Positions 60,888 through 64,000 of a stretch of 64,000 nt of DNA are shown here, in pieces. The stretch comes from Takakia lepidozioides (Eukaryota; Plantae; Bryophyta): positions 12,028,001 to 12,092,000 of the forward strand of contig CM060731.1 of the NCBI GenBank assembly GCA_030704615.1. The letters run 5' to 3'. The position numbers and the translations under genes are program-made. Below the pieces are notes generated by a model, which saw only the letters and a program-made list of their open reading frames with translations, was not told the origin of the DNA and did not search any database. How positions within the stretch are numbered: the stretch's first letter is position 1; every line of letters begins with the position of its first letter.

Positions 60888-63800
60888 CCTCTCGTGATGA
60901 TTTCCCGCCGCATGCAACGCCCTTCTGCTTCAGTAATCCTCAGAGTAACACCAAACAGAAAATTAGATGCGTTGTTTCCCAGCAAACCGATGTTGTCACC
61001 ATGTCGTCATCCAATCCCCAAAAGCTTCCCGCATAAACCCTGTAGGCATCCAGAAACAACCGATGGAACCCAAAACAAAAGGGGGCACCCAACTTGCAGG
61101 AGCCCTGTGCAGAGCCAGATACAATACGCTTAAATCCTCAACAAGTGAACCCACAATCCCAAAGACCGCAGAAGCCCAGTGTAGATGCAGAGTGTAGACG
61201 ATTGGGAGGACACCGCAATCTGACAGGACAGGCAGGATTGGAAATCCGTAAAAGGGAAAGCAAGAATGAAAGTAGACATGGACCCGAAGCTCAGTCTGAA
61301 AAAGCCCACACTTGCCTCCCTGGGTCCCACAAACTCCGAGACAACACGTGGTGAGCTTTCAAAAGGCCGAGATGCTGCTGGAGTGGCTGGATCGCTCCTA
61401 CATTTGGTGACAACCTATATGAAGGTAAGACGAAAAAGGTACGCTGACAATAAAAGGACATGGTGGTGGACCCGCAATGCGGAGACAGGAGACCGACTCC
61501 CTGTTGTTAGAGGACCGGCATAGAGTCGGCTGTGCTTTTCTCGGGACCAGTGTTGGGCGGTTCTTGAGATACTGGGAATTAAAAGATTTCATATTTATAA
61601 TTCATTTCAGGTGTGCTTAATCTCGGGCCCGCCCCGACAGATTTTTATTTTATTTTATTTTTTAACTTTCATCCCCCATGTGCATACCAGTAAGTGGTGT
61701 AAGTTAGAGGGGAGGGTAATTGGCGTGGAGGTGGGATAGGTGTGTTGGACGAGTAGTAGTGACCTAGTGGTGGGTTCTAGTGTGGGTTTTTCCCCACAGA
61801 AAACAAAAGTAAAGCAAAAAAGAAAAACTTTTGAGCTGTCCTCAACAAGGTACTGAGCATAGTTATCACCAAACTCACTACTGAGCGAATAGCTTTTAGA
61901 TTGAAGAATTTTTTTTACTACTTTGTTGAGCTAAGTAGTAGTATCTTCCACAGTTATAATCTGCATAAAGAGTCATGAAAACCACTCAATGTAGTGCACT
62001 ATATCGTGGTTACAGCTTCAGTAGGTCCTACAATATACGGCTCTGGTCCTAACCTTGGTGACATGTGTCTTTTCATCCACTTTTGGATGCAAAAGTGTCC
62101 ATTACATTTTGCAATTGGAGCATTTAAGCTGCATTTTAAAGTTCCACCCACATTTGTTGCCACCATTCATCTCTCTAGTGGCCACATTCTTCATTGTTTG
62201 TCACTTTTTTCATCCACTTCTCTATCTTCTCAAATAGTCTTCTCAAATCTATGTACAAGCCATTTCAAATACTAGACATTGGCATGATGCAAGCCCCCAC
62301 CAAACCATTGCAATGCTTACATTTACTTGATATAGCATGAAAAACATTTATTGGTCCTGCCCTCAGGCAAAGACTACACAATGGTGTCTCCCTGCTTGTC
62401 ATGGGATCAACTTTTCACAAGACCCAGGTTTCAGGGGACCAATATTGCTGGATGAATGGAATACATCAATTTTGATGTTGGATGAAATATATTACAGTAG
62501 CTAGATGAAATATATTTACTTATGACAATTTGCACTTTTCGTAAAAGTTTAAAAGGACAGTATAGGCAATAGCAGTGGGTCATAGTAGTTACTCCCACCA
62601 ACATATGAAATACTTACTCAGACAGACTCAAGGCTATAGAGTGGAACTGTATGGGTGAGATTGATCCGAAATTGACACGACCATAAGACTATAAGACTGA
62701 CACCATTATTTGGAACAACAACCTTACTCTAAGATGATCAAGGGTAGGGCTTGCATGTCCTATGCATTTGTTATAACTGCATTACCGTCACATCCATTTT
62801 TCTAGGTTGCACAAACTTCATTTTTATCACAGGCTCTATAGGAAGTTATCCTTTCTCATACATGAATTTCTCAAATTGTGGACATTTGGTTTGAACACTA
62901 GACACTGACAAAAGCTATAGCATTGGACACGGGGTGGTTGGAAAATGGCTTCGTAGACCAGACCCCCCTTTGTAGATTTGGTACCATATCTCCATATTGC
63001 GGACGAGCCAAGCTTATCCACCGTAGGATTGGATGCCCCCCTTGATCCCACCTTCCCCCTTCATCCCAAAAACGAAAAACAAAATCCACTAGTGGATTAT
63101 AAACTTTGTAAACTAATAGTATAATATAATAGTAATTATTGTAGTTATTAATAGTGTAGTATTGGATCTTCATAGTAAACTAATCCATTATAATCCACTA
63201 TTGGATCATTGAGATTATAAAGTTCAATCTTGGACCACGGTTGAAATCAATGGAGCTTGTCTTCCTGAAATAATTGAGTGAAGCACATCTCCGCACAATT
63301 TCAGCTGAAAAGAAGCAGATTTGATGGGACCTGATCCTTTATACACAATGGGGATGGGTAGGTGAGCTATGAACCATTTTGCTGGCTATTCATATATTGC
63401 CATGCAATAGCCACCTTTGCTAAAAGCAAAAAACAATGCCCAACTATGGCACAATTGCCAAACTTCTCTCTATAGCCAAAATATAGATTTCTGGCTAAAG
63501 CCCTCTAACCCAATATAATTAGTGGCATAATTTGGGAAGCCATGATTTTGTGGCGGGAACGGTACTAGCATTAACTGAAGATTTAGGGCGAGCGCCATTT
63601 CAAGATAAACTAGTAAAAACTAATTGCCACATTGCCTTTCAGTGGAGGCCAAACTAGATAGTCAAGCATGTCCGTGCGCTTTGAATTACCTACACATCCC
63701 CAACTTCCTTCCAACCGTCAACTGGCAAGGGGCCTTATGGTTTGATCACACACATAGGTGCCATGGCGGGCCACGAGAAGATTAAGATAGACAAATTTGT

Positions 63801-63891
63801 GCCGTCAATCTACCTAGATAAATACTAACGGTGGGGAGTACAAAAAACAAGGTTAACACATTAGCAGTGAGGGAGGGATTAATAAAGCACA

Positions 63892-64000
63892 TCAATATAT
63901 GAAGCGAGGTAGTTTGTTGGCTCCTCTTTATTCTAAAGAAGAGACCACACATCCATGTCAAAGATTGCTAAATCCCATGTGTCTCTCTTATGCTGAAAAC
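63892..64000 (+). mobile_element. 5' end of a third Helitron-like copy running off the window
   Basis: a|tcaatatatgaagcgaggtagtttgtt matches the 5' terminus of the 53344-54064 element. Confidence 0.55.

Overview
Eukaryotic nuclear DNA from a land plant, probably a non-seed lineage (bryophyte/lycophyte-like; inferred from gene and TE content). Four intron-containing genes can be assembled from splice signals: a short-ectodomain LRR receptor-like kinase (+), a WAT1/UMAMIT EamA transporter (+), a 15-exon MLO gene (+) with LINE-expanded introns, and an ARL8 small GTPase (-). Most of the remainder is transposon-derived. The standout is a ~9 kb decayed LTR-type retroelement (21579-30580) inserted into a hAT transposase relic. 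Its polyprotein reads Gag (two zinc knuckles) - aspartic protease - DNMT3-like C5 cytosine methyltransferase - [RT/RNaseH/integrase core absent] - integrase-like C-terminus - PHD finger. It also carries a 1.4 kb GC-rich minisatellite in its 5' region. A second notable element is a tandem TRIM array in an ARL8 intron whose 145-bp LTRs each contain a foldable tRNA-like cloverleaf with Pol III A/B boxes. Also present: TTAA-flanked piggyBac-like elements, Tc1/mariner and hAT MITEs, a tRNA-SINE, tandem Helitron-like elements and two LINE families with distinct microsatellite tails. All coordinates were read by eye; no database searches were run.
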